Positions 1 to 12,600 of a stretch of 35,725 nucleotides of DNA are shown in pieces (the stretch's first letter is position 1; each line of letters starts with the position of its first letter). Below the pieces are notes generated by a model. That model worked only from the letters and a program-made list of their open reading frames with translations, was not told where the DNA came from and did not search any database. Origin of the DNA: Nemertoderma westbladi (lineage: Eukaryota; Animalia; Xenacoelomorpha); the NCBI GenBank assembly GCA_032718475.1, contig JAUCBJ010006421.1, forward strand, positions 1-35,725. Reading direction: 5' to 3'. The position numbers and the translations under genes are program-made.

Positions 1-371
1 CTACAGTCTGACAGTCGTACGCCTACCAATCTACCTGTCCTGCTGTCTACTGGTCTACGACCCGGTCTGCCGGTAGACGTTGGCAGTACGGCAAACAGTA
101 CCGGTACGGCTGGCGGCTGTACAGCTGTAGTACCGGTACAGCAGTACAGCGGTACACGGTAATCAGGTAATCCTGTAATCAGCTAATGCCACAAAATGAC
201 CGCAAACACCAAAAATACATAATGCAGTAATGTACAGATGTAGGATAGGCCTACTACTGTACCTCTGTCTGTCTGTACTACTGTAGGTTGCTATGACAAA
301 ATATCCGAATTTGTTTGATAACAATGTTTACTACAACGTTTTCCGGCATAGGGCCTACTTAATCCATGCTA

Positions 372-632
372 CTGGGGGAGGGGGGTTGTTTAATGGTTAG
401 TAGTAGAAGTAGACGTAGTGATAGAGGGGGGTTGTTTAACGCGGTTAGTACTGTAGTAGTAGTGCGAAAGAGGATGGGGAGGGGGTATTTAATGGTTAGT
501 ACAGTAGTAGACATAGTGATATAGGGTGAGGGTGGGGGTTATTAACAGTTAGTAGTGTGGGGGGGGGGGGGGGGGGGGGGGTGGGGGTGTTTTTTTAACA
601 GTTAGTATAGTAGAATAGTGATAGGGAGTGGG
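372..632. repeat. Degenerate G-rich tandem repeat (~55-60 bp units) with a poly-G run
   Basis: Unit resembling GGGGGTTGTTTAATGGTTAGTAGTAG..GTAGTGATAG recurs about 5 times; a long G run lies at ~559-581. Confidence 0.7.
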
Positions 633-854
633 AATGTTTGTTAATATGATGCATGTTTTCTCTGATCGTAATGGTTTGTTATCAGGTTAAATGTGTACCC
701 TCTATCTCATATATTGCTCTCGTCATTATTGGTTCATTTTGTATAAGTCAGTGGGATAGTTGGTCTGTTGCCTGTAGGGGTCAACAGTATTTGATATTGA
801 TGACTCATATTCTGAAGGACTAATAATGCTGCCCGCCGTGTAGGGAATGGAGGG

Positions 855-2549
855 CCCAGTTAAACATGAACTTATGTTTCATATGTGGTATATATATGTT
901 GTATGGAATAGGTGTGTCTGGAAATTGGGTTTTTATGCTCATGTATGAATAATACATGTCACGCATGCGGTGATACATACACTTAGAATGTGTGTATCGC
1001 CATTTATGGTATTTATATGTTGCACATATGAATTTATCATAAATAAATGTGTGAGAATGCGCATGTGAATAATATATGTCGAGCATATGTGAAATAGCCA
1101 TAGCCAAGACTCCGAGTTAAATTTAAATCCATAAACTATTCAATTCGTAATTGTGTAATCCAGTTCATGGATTTTATATGTTGCACACATGTTTGCCTTA
1201 TGGTAATACAGGCCTTACAGTAATACATGTACAGAAAAGAATAGCGAGGGGGGATGCGGAATTTGTTGATGTCACTACTCAGCTTTTTGCATTAAGAACA
1301 AATATCGTTTTAATCAGCAGTATAATACGTTGAATCTATATTTTTTGTTATACTGTATTTTCAAAGTACCGGCTATTTAACCATATAATGTATAATCAAT
1401 ACATAGGCCTGCTATAAGGTTTAAATGATCTGTGAAGGCTGTATGGACACTAAATTGAAGTAACCATAGTCGATCGTCCAATTGTTTTGTTTATTGCATT
1501 TGAGGGCTGGTGGTGGGACACATTCTTAAAATGATAGGCATTTCATAGTCTGATCCTGCAATCTTTCTTCTTAACCACGTCGTGTCGCTTGCAGTTTAGC
1601 TAGTGAATCGCAAATTATTTTATATTTTACCCATAACAGCATAATGCGTTGCATAAGCCTACCGCTTATCATAGTCCACTCAATTGTTCAGTGATGCAGT
1701 GTGTGACTTGCCTGCTTTCTGCCTTGCACTATGCACATTGTGCTGTGCATGTGCATTGTACAGTGCTGTATTAACAGAATTAGACAAACATATGTATGGC
1801 TGTGTGGTGGTTTTCACTTGTCAGGTTGTGGTTGTGCATTGTCATCTGCGCTGCTAAGTATCAGTAAGGGGTACAGACATAGACAGATAACATACATGCA
1901 CTATACCATCCGTAAGGTAGGCAGGCCTATTGCAGTTCTTATCCCGTTAAAAAATTGAACATATGTTTCATATGTGGTATATATATGTTGTATGGAAAAG
2001 ATGTCTTAAAATTAGATATAAAATATCATATGAGCAATTATATGATCTTAGAATTAATTAATTTTCGAAGATTTATCAAAATGAATAATCTATTATAGCT
2101 GGAAATTAGATAACTTAATTAAATCTAACTAATAGAATACGAATTTACGGATCATCACCAAAATCTATTAAGGATACTCTCATATCACTATGGATTAAAT
2201 ATTTTCATATATACTCCGATGCTTCCTTCTCTAAATGTATAGGGTAGGTGTAGGGCCGTAGGATAGGGTGTAGGGATTGGATAGGATAAGGTACTGAGGT
2301 AGGCTACCCCCCCCCCCCCCCGCCCCACCTCTCTATAGGAAATGCAGACCCACACCAGTGATTGGTCGGTCTCAGTTTAAATTTTTACTCTTTTTGTCGC
2401 ACTTGTCACATAAAAAACATATGTGTATCACATGTGAACATTCCACATATGGATCACATTTGACAACACTGTAACATTTACATATATGTATCACATGTCG
2501 AATTATTTATGGCAACCATATATGAAACACATACTCATGTTTAACTGGG
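855..2549. mobile_element. Non-autonomous DNA transposon, CMC/EnSpm-like termini
   Basis: CCCAGTTAAACATGA at 855 and TCATGTTTAACTGGG ending at 2549 form a 15-bp perfect TIR that extends imperfectly to ~34 bp. GG flanks both sides (possible 2-bp TSD). No coding remnant seen. Superfamily is an inference. Confidence 0.6.
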
Positions 2550-3256
2550 GGGAGGTTAATCCTAAGGTCGGTTATGAGTGTTTCATTAATGGTGTAGGAA
2601 TGGGAGCATTGCGTGGTGGTTGGAAGGTCTGTAATTCGAGAGTCACTGGTGTTTGTTTATTATAGTCCATTAGCTGGAGTCCATAAATCAACAGTTGACA
2701 TGATTATTCGTTTTAAAAAATTTACCATAGCTGTTGTTGGTTTGTTCTTGTCAGGTTGATGCTTATGGTGAATATTCAATATAACAGGGGTATAATTTTA
2801 TTTCCATCAATAAAATCGCCCTTTATCAATAAGATGATAGCAAATGGGTATCTTTGGGTTGTTGATATATCAATATAAATGTAATGAAAAGGCAGTGGTG
2901 GTATGACATTAATTTTTGATGTGGTATAGTGAGATGTAATGGTAAATATGTAATTGGGAATAAGTCTTTAGATGGCTTGTTTTGTTGGGTATTTAGTAGA
3001 GATATTGTCCGTTATCTTTATACAGTAGGTATAGAACCTGTATTAAATACTGTAGTAATACTGTAGTAATACTAACTAATCCAATTTAATTATGTTTTTT
3101 CTGAAGTTGGGACGGTAGTTTGAGCGTTTTAGAGAATAAAGTGGAAGATTTAGTCGGAAATTTGTTAGTTGGGTAGTGCGCTATGCTGTATCTTACCCAT
3201 AGGAGCCCAGCCCAACACCTACTGTACAGGGGGTATTTAAGGAATACCATACCCAT

Positions 3257-3382
3257 ATTTATTACCAGGTTTTTTGTTATTTTACCAGCGGAGTAAAGAT
3301 ATACCCGAGGCGAAGCCGAGTGTTTATCTTTACTCCAAGGGTAATTTAACTGGTAAGATAACAAAAAAACCTGGTAATAAAT
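3257..3382. repeat. Nested palindromic (fold-back) MITE-like element
   Basis: Outer arms ATTTATTACCAGGTTTTTTGTTAT..ACCAG / CTGGTAAGATAACAAAAAAACCTGGTAATAAAT; inner arms GGAGTAAAGATA / TATCTTTACTCC; central GGCGAAGCC hairpin. Confidence 0.8.
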
Positions 3383-3424
3383 CTGTTGTTACCCATTAAT
3401 TTTGGCCAGTCATAATAACTGACT

Positions 3425-4300
3425 AGCTATCCGCACTGTTCTAAAAGGGTTTTGTTTGGGGGAGATGGACATGATAAAATGGGGCATGATTTTTTTGGGT
3501 TAATTTATCCCTAGGGATGTTATCATTGTTGAGACAGAGGGGGGGGGGGGGGGGGGGGGACTTGACGCAAAACCCGCCTTGGCGAATTAATATCCCGCCT
3601 CAATGTTAAATTATTGTATGTAGGGGAATCTACTCTCGGTCCCGCATATCTGGTATCGGGACGCCGTGCAGGCAATGTTGTAAAGTCGGAACATATGCCG
3701 GAGCAGATAAGTATAATAATAAATAACGGATATATTGAATAAAGGTAGTCTACTGGGCTACAAGGATCTAGGCCCAAACAAAGTACCGGCAGACAGGACA
3801 GTCTGTGTGCCGTGACTTCTCATCGGTAGGTACCGGTGTCCTGAACGCCTAAGTATCTATATATATCCCAGACAGACTCTCGGTCGTCATGAAAAGTGAA
3901 AGTATTGGTACCATAGTCCGCTATTGCCACAATTATCAATTTAGGGAAAGGAGCAGGTTACAGTGGGCACGTTATTTTAACCAAAACAATAAACTAAACT
4001 CAATAGAACAGGTTACAGTTTTATTTTTGAGAGTAATCAGCTGTTATTTGCGTCGAATTTCCGCTGGAGAGGGATGAATTTTAATTGCGTCCAGTTTCCC
4101 CCCCTATCTGTCATTGTTATATGTTTTAGAATAACCGAATAGCTATCCGCACTGTTCAAAAAGGGTTTTGTTTGGGGGAGAACATAAAATTGGGGCATGG
4201 ATTTTTTGGGGTTAATTTATCCCTAGGGATGTTATCATAGTTATATGTTCTATAGAATAACTGATAAGCTATTCGCACTGTTCTAAATGGTTGTTTGTTG
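3425..4300. repeat. ~125-bp tandem repeat (two full units plus a partial) interrupted by a MITE
   Basis: AGCTATCCGCACTGTTC..GGGTTTTGTTTGGGGGAG..ATCCCTAGGGATGTTATCAT at 3425 and 4141, with a partial copy at ~4267. Confidence 0.8.
3531..4110. mobile_element. hAT-like MITE, copy A (580 bp)
   Basis: Termini GAGACAGAGGGG.. and ..CCCCTATCTG; perfect 8-bp TSD TCATTGTT (3523-3530, 4111-4118); homologous to 10427-10662. Confidence 0.8.
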
Positions 4301-4969
4301 GAGAATGTATGGATGTCACGAGTATAGATGATAGAGCAGGAATAGTGTCGGGCGTATACTGTAATATCAAATATATAGACAGATAAGTGTCCACACAATT
4401 TCAAACAGTGTGGTGAGGTGAGGGCCGTCTGTCTTGCAGTGCGGCCCATGACTGTATGACACGTAGTGAGTATACTGACTAGCTAATTCCTAATTACTGT
4501 CTACACGGTAGGTAGTATCGTCCAGTCTGTGTCAAGGCGTAGTCCATGACTCATCGTGAGTCATCCCTACAGTACCGCAGTCCCTGAGAATCTGCTGGTA
4601 TGGGGCGAGCCATGTAGTGTGGCGAGTTCGTATCACGCCAGATAAGATATGGAAACTACTGAAATAAGTTTATTAATAATCTACTAATATAGTAAAATAT
4701 TAAATTAATTTATTAATTTCAACACAGATAACAAAAGAACAGTATAAGAAGCTTTAGTTAATTGTGATTGGGTTGCAAGGGTGACAGTCTTTCATTCTTG
4801 TGTGACAATGAAATATATCGTTGTTCTACGAGTGAAATAAATTTAAATACACAGATCAGTATTCTGATGCTTTGGATAATTAATTGTGATTGAGTTGTGA
4901 ATATGTGAGTATGTCTCCATTCTCGATTTTTAATCAACAAAATAATGAATTCTTCGAGAGTCTTGAAGA

Positions 4970-5650
4970 TCCGTACAACTGTATATCACTACCTTTTTAT
5001 AACATAAATCATTGTTGCCATGGCAACATTGTAGAGTTCTATAACAAAATATAAACATTATACACTATTCTAGAACATAAAAACAAATAAAATAAAAAAA
5101 TATAATGTTCTAGAACATATAGCTAATTATTTATCAAATTTAAAGTTTGGAGTGCGAAATGCACGAAAGTCTAATTAAGGCAATTAAAAGACAGGTACGG
5201 AGAAAAATACGAAAAATATACGACGCGCCAGAGCTTTGTGTGAGGAGTGCATTAAACCACAAAGATAAATTCTCCGAAAAACTGAAATTGAATATGGAGG
5301 CAAAAGATAAGAAAGGGAAAAATAAACGGATTCCATGAGATATAAAAGGCCAACAAAAGCCAATACCTAATGGATAAATAAACTAATTAGTTACATCAGT
5401 TAACAAAAACTCTATAATCAATATTAAATTAAATGTATTCATAAATTCATTTCAAAATAACGTTTTTTAAATTTACAAGCTATTTTAAAATTAAAAAACT
5501 AGCTACAGTATATGTTCTAGAACATTATATTTTTTATTTTATTTATGTTCTAGAATAGTATATGATAATTTTCTATTGTTCTATAACTCTTTAACGTTGC
5601 CATGGTAACAATGATATATTTTTTTATGTAGTGCTATAGCTATACGGAAA
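4970..5650. mobile_element. MITE with ~150-bp imperfect TIRs
   Basis: 5008-5125 is the reverse complement of ~5501-5615, with weaker similarity further out; both arms contain GTTGCCATGG(C/T)AAC. Exact ends uncertain. Confidence 0.7.
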
Positions 5651-7039
5651 TCTAGCCATTAATATCACCAAAATATCACATATAGGGAGGAGTACGGAAC
5701 CCTGAAATACCCAATTGTACTGAATAATCTTATCAAAATCGCTAACAATCATATATATTGAGCTAATGAAATACCCGATAGTGTTCTAGAATTTGTAGTT
5801 ACCCCAGTCAATTTACTAGTCATAATATTGAAGTATTATACCGATTTGTAATTGGCTATTGATGTAACTTAATCGTCCAATCAGCAATTAGCATGATTAG
5901 AAACCAGTGTACATCAGAGTTATTTTACCCCTTGGGTTTAACTTTGATGTTCACTGTTTTTTTATTTGTATTGTTGCTAAACGACTATACATTTTAATCA
6001 GTAAGTAAAATTAAACTAGTATAATATCCTGGGTTAGATGTCTCTAGTGTTGCCACTAAAAGTTGCGGAACCCTATACCGCATGGAAATTAAAATCCCTG
6101 AAAGTAAAACATTTGGTAAAATGGGATGAAAGGGCCTGAAAATATGTAAATTAATGGATCTGAAATATTTCTGAAAAATATAATTGAAAAGGAAGTAAAT
6201 ATCAGCCATATTAATTTCCAATTGTTTGTTAGTTGTTAGTTGTATGCTAGATGTATTATAATCCCAGTATTTGTCAGATTAGTACAGTTCCAATTACCTT
6301 AACTTTTAACATATGTAAGTATGTAAGAGTATGTATTGACACTCGGCGAAATGATAGGTGAGCATTGTAATTAATTTAGTAAAAGTTTTGTACAGTATGT
6401 ACAGTATTGCATGAAGTGAGATTATGACCGATATTCTCAGTGAATCATGCATTCGTCTTACAAGCTTACCGCTTTAGTTGTATGATTCTTCAACTTATCC
6501 TGTTTTTTTGTATTGGGTACAATCTTTAAGATCGTAGGTGTGAGTGTCTGTCGCGGTGTGGGGTGGGGTAGTGGGTTGGTGTATGTTGATTTTATGATCA
6601 TTTTCGTCGGAGAGCGAGAGTGGGAGAGGTGATGAGTTGGGGCAGTTCCGCGGCAATAAAAATACTGCCCCTCAATATAGAGACCCCCTTTAATGCTATC
6701 AGGGACGCGTTGTTCGACAGAGCCCCGTCAGCAAAAACAGCCAGTACCGCTAGTCGGTGGGGTTGACTTGTTGACGAGAGGATATTTACATGCGCATCGG
6801 TCAACCATCACTGACCACTTAATCCATTCGATGGTTATATTTTTGAAGTTGTTTAAATATTGGTAGGTCCTCCTACCGGGATACGGCGATACGCAGTGCA
6901 GCACGGAATTAGAAGTAGTTAAATTTTTAGAAAATAATTCATCCTCAGATTTCGGCTTCCAAAAACTGTCTAATATAACTTTTGTTGGGCACAACTTTGC
7001 AAAGTCGGCTATGACGTCCAGGTAGGCCTACGTCTTTGA

Positions 7040-8170
7040 ATATAATGTTAAACCACTCCTTCATCCACAATTTGATTGATTGATTACTTCAGACCTGTTA
7101 TTGGTGCGGTCAGCAGCACCAAGCGTGACAGCGCACATCCCAAAGATCTTTCGAACATAATGGAACGAATGTGTAATATTTAAATAGCTTATCGTTCCGT
7201 CCACTATCACAACTCGTTTACCAGAAATGTCGTTTACCATTATGTTGATGCAAAATATTCCAATACCAGCTCGCCATGTTCAGGTGTGTTGCTATACAGA
7301 TATTGAAGTCCTAGTTCAATATCATCGAGTGGCAGGAAAGCCACACCGTCAATATCATACCAACAAACTTTCTAAATATTACACAGTCGTAAAGTGTGGA
7401 TAATACCAGCACGCACTTTCCCAATCGTTGCCTGTCGTAAATGAAAAAAACACCCTTTAATATGAAGATCACTTCCAAACACTTTCTGTATCGCATTGTG
7501 AGCGGCTTTCTCAAAATCAACACTAAAATTTTTTGGTGCTGCACCTGCATTTCGCATATGGGTAATCAATTCAATGTAAGTTACCTCTGTTTTTCCCTCA
7601 AGAATAGAATAGACCAGAGGGACGGTGCGGTCTATGACATGATACGATATGATTTAGAGTTGTTAAAAGAGCTGGAGTGATGACTTAAATGTTCCATTGA
7701 TAGACCACTGTTTTGAATGACGAAGACAGCGCAACGCCTCACCGGTGGTATAGAAAACAAAAATAGGGTGGTCCGGACTAGGTCCATTGTCATACTGCAA
7801 AAACATGCCGGCCGGTACTGAGCAATTAATAGGGAATAGAGAAATTGAGATCAAGATCGATCTTGAATTCGAGATCCTGCAATGTCATAGGCATACTGTA
7901 GATGGTATGTGTCTCAAGCGTTCCCTGTTGATTCCCCGAAGAATTGTTTCTCGCCGAGGTATGTATGGCTTGATATCGGATTCAACTGCCTTCAGAGAAT
8001 GTGCAATTATCTTTGTAAAATAAAAAAAAACCGAAATATCTGTCTCAGAAGTGTGGCAGTCCTTCGAGTAGTGGCCATTTAATTCACTGGGGTCAGACAC
8101 TTAGAATGATCAATTGAAGTTCTAGCAGATCCAAAACACTTTGGCCTATTCACACAGTGCCACTCTGCGC
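7040..8170 (-). pseudogene. Mutator-like (MULE) transposase, frameshifted remnant
   Basis: Fragments in the expected order: FLQYDNG, QWSINGTFK (WxxDGTF), VDFEKAAHNAIQKVF..IKGCFFHLRQA, AFLPLDDI, LWDV..TL..DRTNNRSE. Confidence 0.85.
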
Positions 8171-8564
8171 TTTTACGCAATCTCTTCATCTCTTCTCTCA
8201 AAGCGCTTTCCTCTGCCAATATGGCCTCACGGATATACGAATTGAAGAAGATGGGAGAATGGGAGATAGAACTTGATGGCTACTAAGTCAATCTCTTCCC
8301 CAAACTTGAGGTAGAAATGACCACTGCTGGTATACTGTAGTAGCTAAGCAGAAGCCGACATATGAACGGATTGATCAACTCACTAAGTTTGGTGAACAGA
8401 ATCCGAAAGTTAACCAACCGTATCGAATGCAGATTCGTTGTCTGTCTGGCGTACATAAACAGTTTTGCCTCTCGAACTGATGTAGTTTATAGCTTCTATG
8501 CCAAGCTAATGGTAGTATCACAGCAAGATGAAGGTCTGCGCTCGGATTTAACCTTTATAGTATA

Positions 8565-8837
8565 CTAGCAGGCAATACCCAAAGCATGTTACCCGGTATT
8601 TCCCGCTACCGGCATAGGCCTACTGGCGTACTGGTACCGGTATAGGCCTACTGACGTACCGGTACCCAGTACCGGTACCGAACGTGAATTATACTTTTCG
8701 AAAAGTGGCCTATAACGACCGCTGGTTAAAGTTATACACACATGCCAAGTTCCAGCGCAATCCCTCTGCCCGTTTTGGAGGAGTTCGAAAACAGAGAGAG
8801 AGAGAGACAGACAGAATTTGATTTTTATAGGTATAGA
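8565..8837 (-). mobile_element. Non-autonomous Helitron-like element
   Basis: Minus strand starts TCTATACCTATAAAAAT followed by CTGT/CT microsatellite and ends in CTAG followed by T. A short subterminal stem AATACC/GGTATT is present. The 5' flank is G rather than the canonical A. Confidence 0.5.
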
Positions 8838-10426
8838 CAACTTGTTGTTAAAATTAAGTTTGGCTTGTTTCCTCTTATTAAGGAGAGGTGGTGATGATGA
8901 CATACAGTATTTAAAAATAGTTGAAGAGCGTAAAAATTGTTGAGCTTAAATAAAATAATTCAAAATAAAATATGAAATAATTGATTTAAAATAGCAACAA
9001 TACAGTATCTTTCTATTGGAGGTTAATTGAAATAATCCATTAACTAAAAAAAGTGATAGCGTTTCTACAAGTTGTGACTGTATGACCTCTATATTATAAG
9101 GCCAAATAATTACATACAAGCCCATTTCTCCAACAGATACTATACTGCACAGTAATAATAATAATAATTAATTAAAATATTGAATGTGTATTTTGATTTA
9201 TTTATGGGAATGATTGACTCTTTGGGCCAAAACGTCCGAAAAGCAACTTGCATGTTCCAGTCATTGGGCCAACATGTCCTACGCCAAAACGTCTTAGACC
9301 TAAACGTCTGTTACCCTAAAACATTATAGGAATGGACAGTGAATTAAGAGAAAAAATATCCATTAGTAAAAAATTTTCATTTTGTCGTCGGACACCGTGA
9401 AAAAATAGGGGCATTTATCAAACTGGTTAAAATCTAAATATTGGGTACATAATTTTTAGCGCTTCTGTGAGAGAGGGGTGGTGTCATATTAATACCCCCC
9501 CCACCCCGTATGGATAGGGGCCTAGGGTTAAGGGAAACCCCCCACCCCCCCTCCCCCCACCCCGTATGGATAGGGTTAAAGGAAATTAGCAGGTTACGGT
9601 TACAGTGACGGTATTTTCTACCCATTTTCTACCTAACAGACCGGTAACAAAAACTACAGTAGGTAGGCAGCAATGCCTATACAATACAGTAATACTAATG
9701 CGTGGAAAGTCATATGTAAATAAACTAAATGTTAAAGAATATAATCGTGTATTTATTAAATGCAACAATTGGTTTGCAGCGGAAAAGAAAACATGCAATT
9801 TTCAATCTCCACTCTCTCAACTATTTTTCAACAAAATCCATATGTTTTTACATATTTGAAATCCTTAACCTAAACTGTAGGCCCATCAACCAGTTCCTTT
9901 TCCTTTCTATCAGTAGGCCTACTAACAAATCACGTTGTGTCCGGTGGTCGGTGATGTCAAACTACTGTTGGGCCTATTTGTTTCAAGGAATCGTCGCATT
10001 CACTTTAGGCCACCAATTCAAATTTATCGTTTCGCTCGTTAGTGTGACATGTCCAGGTCCACACTCAGGTCAATATTAAATACATTGGTACATTAAATAG
10101 AACCCCGGCATTTACAGTTAGTTCATATTTTTGAGCGAACGCCGAAATTTTAAATTATTCCAACCACCAATCCCCGTATCAGTCTGTGGGTGATGCCAAT
10201 ATTGAATATCTTTTAATGTACTTTTCATTTCAACGATATTCAGTAAATTAATAATTATTACCAAAGAACCTTTACCTACAGTATATATCATCCACCACTA
10301 ATATAATTTAATATTTAATTTTTCTACTTGACATATGAAACCAAAATTGTACATATTTATGAAAGTTATTTCGTGTATGAAGTACCAGTAGGCCTACTGT
10401 ACACAGTACTTACAGAATGTTAAAGT

Positions 10427-10662
10427 GAGACAGGGGGAGGGGAGACGTAAATCCCAACTCGATGAATTAATATCTCGTCTCTGCGAATTAATAATGTTAA
10501 ATTATACATCACGGGAAAGGAGCAGGTTACAGTGGCACGTTAAAACAATAAACTAATGTCAATAGAACAGGTTATTTTTGATAATTTTTAATTGCATTTT
10601 TTTTAAATTTCCCCTGGAGAGGGATTAAATTTATTGCGAATGTCCCCACCACCCCCTATCTG
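10427..10662. mobile_element. hAT-like MITE, copy B (236 bp, internally deleted relative of copy A)
   Basis: Same termini as copy A; shares internal GGGAAAGGAGCAGGTTACAGTGG and CAATAGAACAGGTTA; 8-bp TSD GTTAAAGT/GTGAAAGT with 1 mismatch. Confidence 0.75.
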
Positions 10663-10829
10663 GTGAAAGTAAACAAAGTCACCGCGACAATATAAATCCA
10701 ACAATGTTTTTTTCAAAATCAACAAGCGCTACATCAATCAACAATGCTGAATTCAATATTAATGACATTATGCCTATATCACGATATGATTACAGTTAAC
10801 TCATTTGTCGTGTAACGGTTATTCTCTCT

Positions 10830-10954
10830 TCAATGTTTGCTCTTCCATCTCATCAGATAGTCCTTCGTTGATGACCTCCCTTGTTCCACAAGGAAGTCGA
10901 TATCAGCTTGTTCTAAGTCAAAGTCTGCGGTATTGATATAATCTGTCGGGATAC
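10830..10954 (-). CDS. Host gene, terminal coding exon (EF-hand/patatin-like phospholipase C-terminus)
   Basis: Acceptor TTTTCTCTAG; phase-1 join gives (G)IPTDYINTADFDLEQADIDFLVEQGRSSTKDYLMRWKSKH*. Resembles the RTIGIxT..TxDFxL..L..G C-terminus of ExoU/VipD-like patatins (from recollection). Confidence 0.8.
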
Positions 10955-11667
10955 CTAGAGAAAATATTAATTTAGTTCCGAGAGTATTTTTAGGTACTCA
11001 CGTTGATACTAGTAGCGCCTACCACGTGTACCGTTAGCCATCGTGTAGGCCTAGGGAATAAACTACTGTGGTAAAGGACAATTGGGATCGAATCTAATAT
11101 CAGAAATATCAGAAATTTTGTGAATCCTATTTCCAGTTCCATTTAATTGTTTAGAGGTTAAATTTAGACCAACTACAGGCATGCTTTTGGCCAAGTAATG
11201 CAAATATGTAGCGTCTCACGACATGTGGGGCGTTTTCTCTTGCTGTTGAAAAACGGCATATCGTCGGCTCCTTTAGTAATGGCCTTTTTCCTTTAAGTAA
11301 TGGCCTTTTGCCTTTAGTAAATTTCCTTTACATGATTTCACACAAATGCAATTTTACACCAAAAAAATTGCCGAACACAGCTAGCTAGATTTTTGCACAA
11401 AAATTACATCCGGCTTTAATATTTCAGAAGAAAGTGGAGGACATTGTCAGGAATCCGCTGCATGAATACCCTTTTACCAAATGCCCTTTTATGCCTTTTT
11501 ACAGTGCTGTAAGTTTTGTGAATCCTATTTCCTTTTAATTTTGCCTTTTTACCGACGATATGACCTTTTGGTTGTTAAACCGATGCAATATTGTAGGTGC
11601 TCCAACTTTACAATGGGAATAAATAAAATGTTAATACATTGAAATAATTAAATTATATTTGAATTAC

Positions 11668-11812
11668 CTATGGTACGCTCTACATCTGAGGGTTTAGAAG
11701 TGCCCATCTGTCTACTTCGTGACATCGTATCCCAAATAGAACTGATGAAGCTTCGAAATGAATCGATTTCGTGACGTTTTCCACCATAGTAGTTTAGGGA
11801 CACCAACAAACC
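11668..11812 (-). CDS. Host gene, penultimate exon
   Basis: TTTTCAG acceptor, GTAATT donor, 145 nt (phase 0 to 1): GLLVSLNYYGGKRHEIDSFRSFISSIWDTMSRSRQMGTSKPSDVERTI(G). Phases match both neighbouring exons. Confidence 0.8.
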
Positions 11813-11961
11813 CTGAAAAGTAACGATCGCATTTTACCACATATAATATAAATTAATGTAATCAAAATAGAAAGCATTAGGAAAATAACAAAAAAAGTAA
11901 TTGTTAAGGAATAGTTGGATAAATTGTTGAGCAAGTAAGTGTAAGTATTCAAGATGATCAT

Positions 11962-12590
11962 TGTGAAGGGATCGGAGATCCCGACCGGGTTAGAAATGTA
12001 CGCGTCACCGTTCTGCTGGGCAGTCGTGCTACTTGCTTTGGCCGAAGGCCGTTGGGGAAAACAATAAGAGTTTGTGTTGTTTCTCAATATTGATTAACAT
12101 AGACGATAATAGCACGTCAGTAATGATACAGATACAATAGTAGAAAATACAGATTAAATGCTGTTGATGGCGGTGACGGTCATTAACTATGACCGGTCTG
12201 CACTGACTGAATAACTCAACTGACCGGTAAATCAGTAATGTAGGATAATATATGGTTAACATACATTGATATTGATTTCACCTCTTACTGTACTTTGGCC
12301 CTCTGTACCCAATGGATGCTTTCCTGTCCCTAATCACGTGCTTCCCTCCCCACTATTGGCTAATATACTAATTGTCACTTTGGCACTGCTAGCCTCTACT
12401 AGCTGTGTTCCCTCCGAGGTGGTTTGACCTCTCACCTTTCTCTGTGGATTTGGGGCTTGTGTCCCCCCCCCCCCCAATGTTGGTTTCGATACGAGATTAA
12501 TATTGGTAATCTCGTATCCCCAACATATTGCTAAAATGCCACTGGTCCCATTTTCTGGTGGGTAATGAAGTGGAATTGAATCCGCTTACA
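11962..12590 (-). repeat. 3' LTR (629 bp)
   Basis: Direct repeat of 19271-19933; about 17 substitutions by manual count, one 23-bp indel and a poly-C length difference. Confidence 0.95.
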
Positions 12591-12600
12591 CTCCCTCCCC
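12591..12600 (-). other. Polypurine tract
   Basis: Minus strand reads GGGGAGGGAG immediately before the 3' LTR. Confidence 0.85.

Noticed and set aside
820-6994. Short ORFs in the first 7 kb
   Set aside because: Low-complexity or motif-less translations overlapping MITEs; no coherent exon structure was seen.
9222-9317. GGCCAAAACGTC subrepeats ending GTTACCC as the terminus of the MULE
   Set aside because: No matching opposite TIR or TSD was found.
11116-11570. 19-bp direct repeat (TTTTGTGAATCCTATTTCC) and an imperfect inverted repeat in the last intron
   Set aside because: Probably an old MITE remnant, but boundaries and TSD could not be defined.
11794-12262. Duplicated small ORFs MRNNTNS and MLTIYYP (also 19151-19571)
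   Set aside because: Incidental frames within the LTRs with no recognisable motif.
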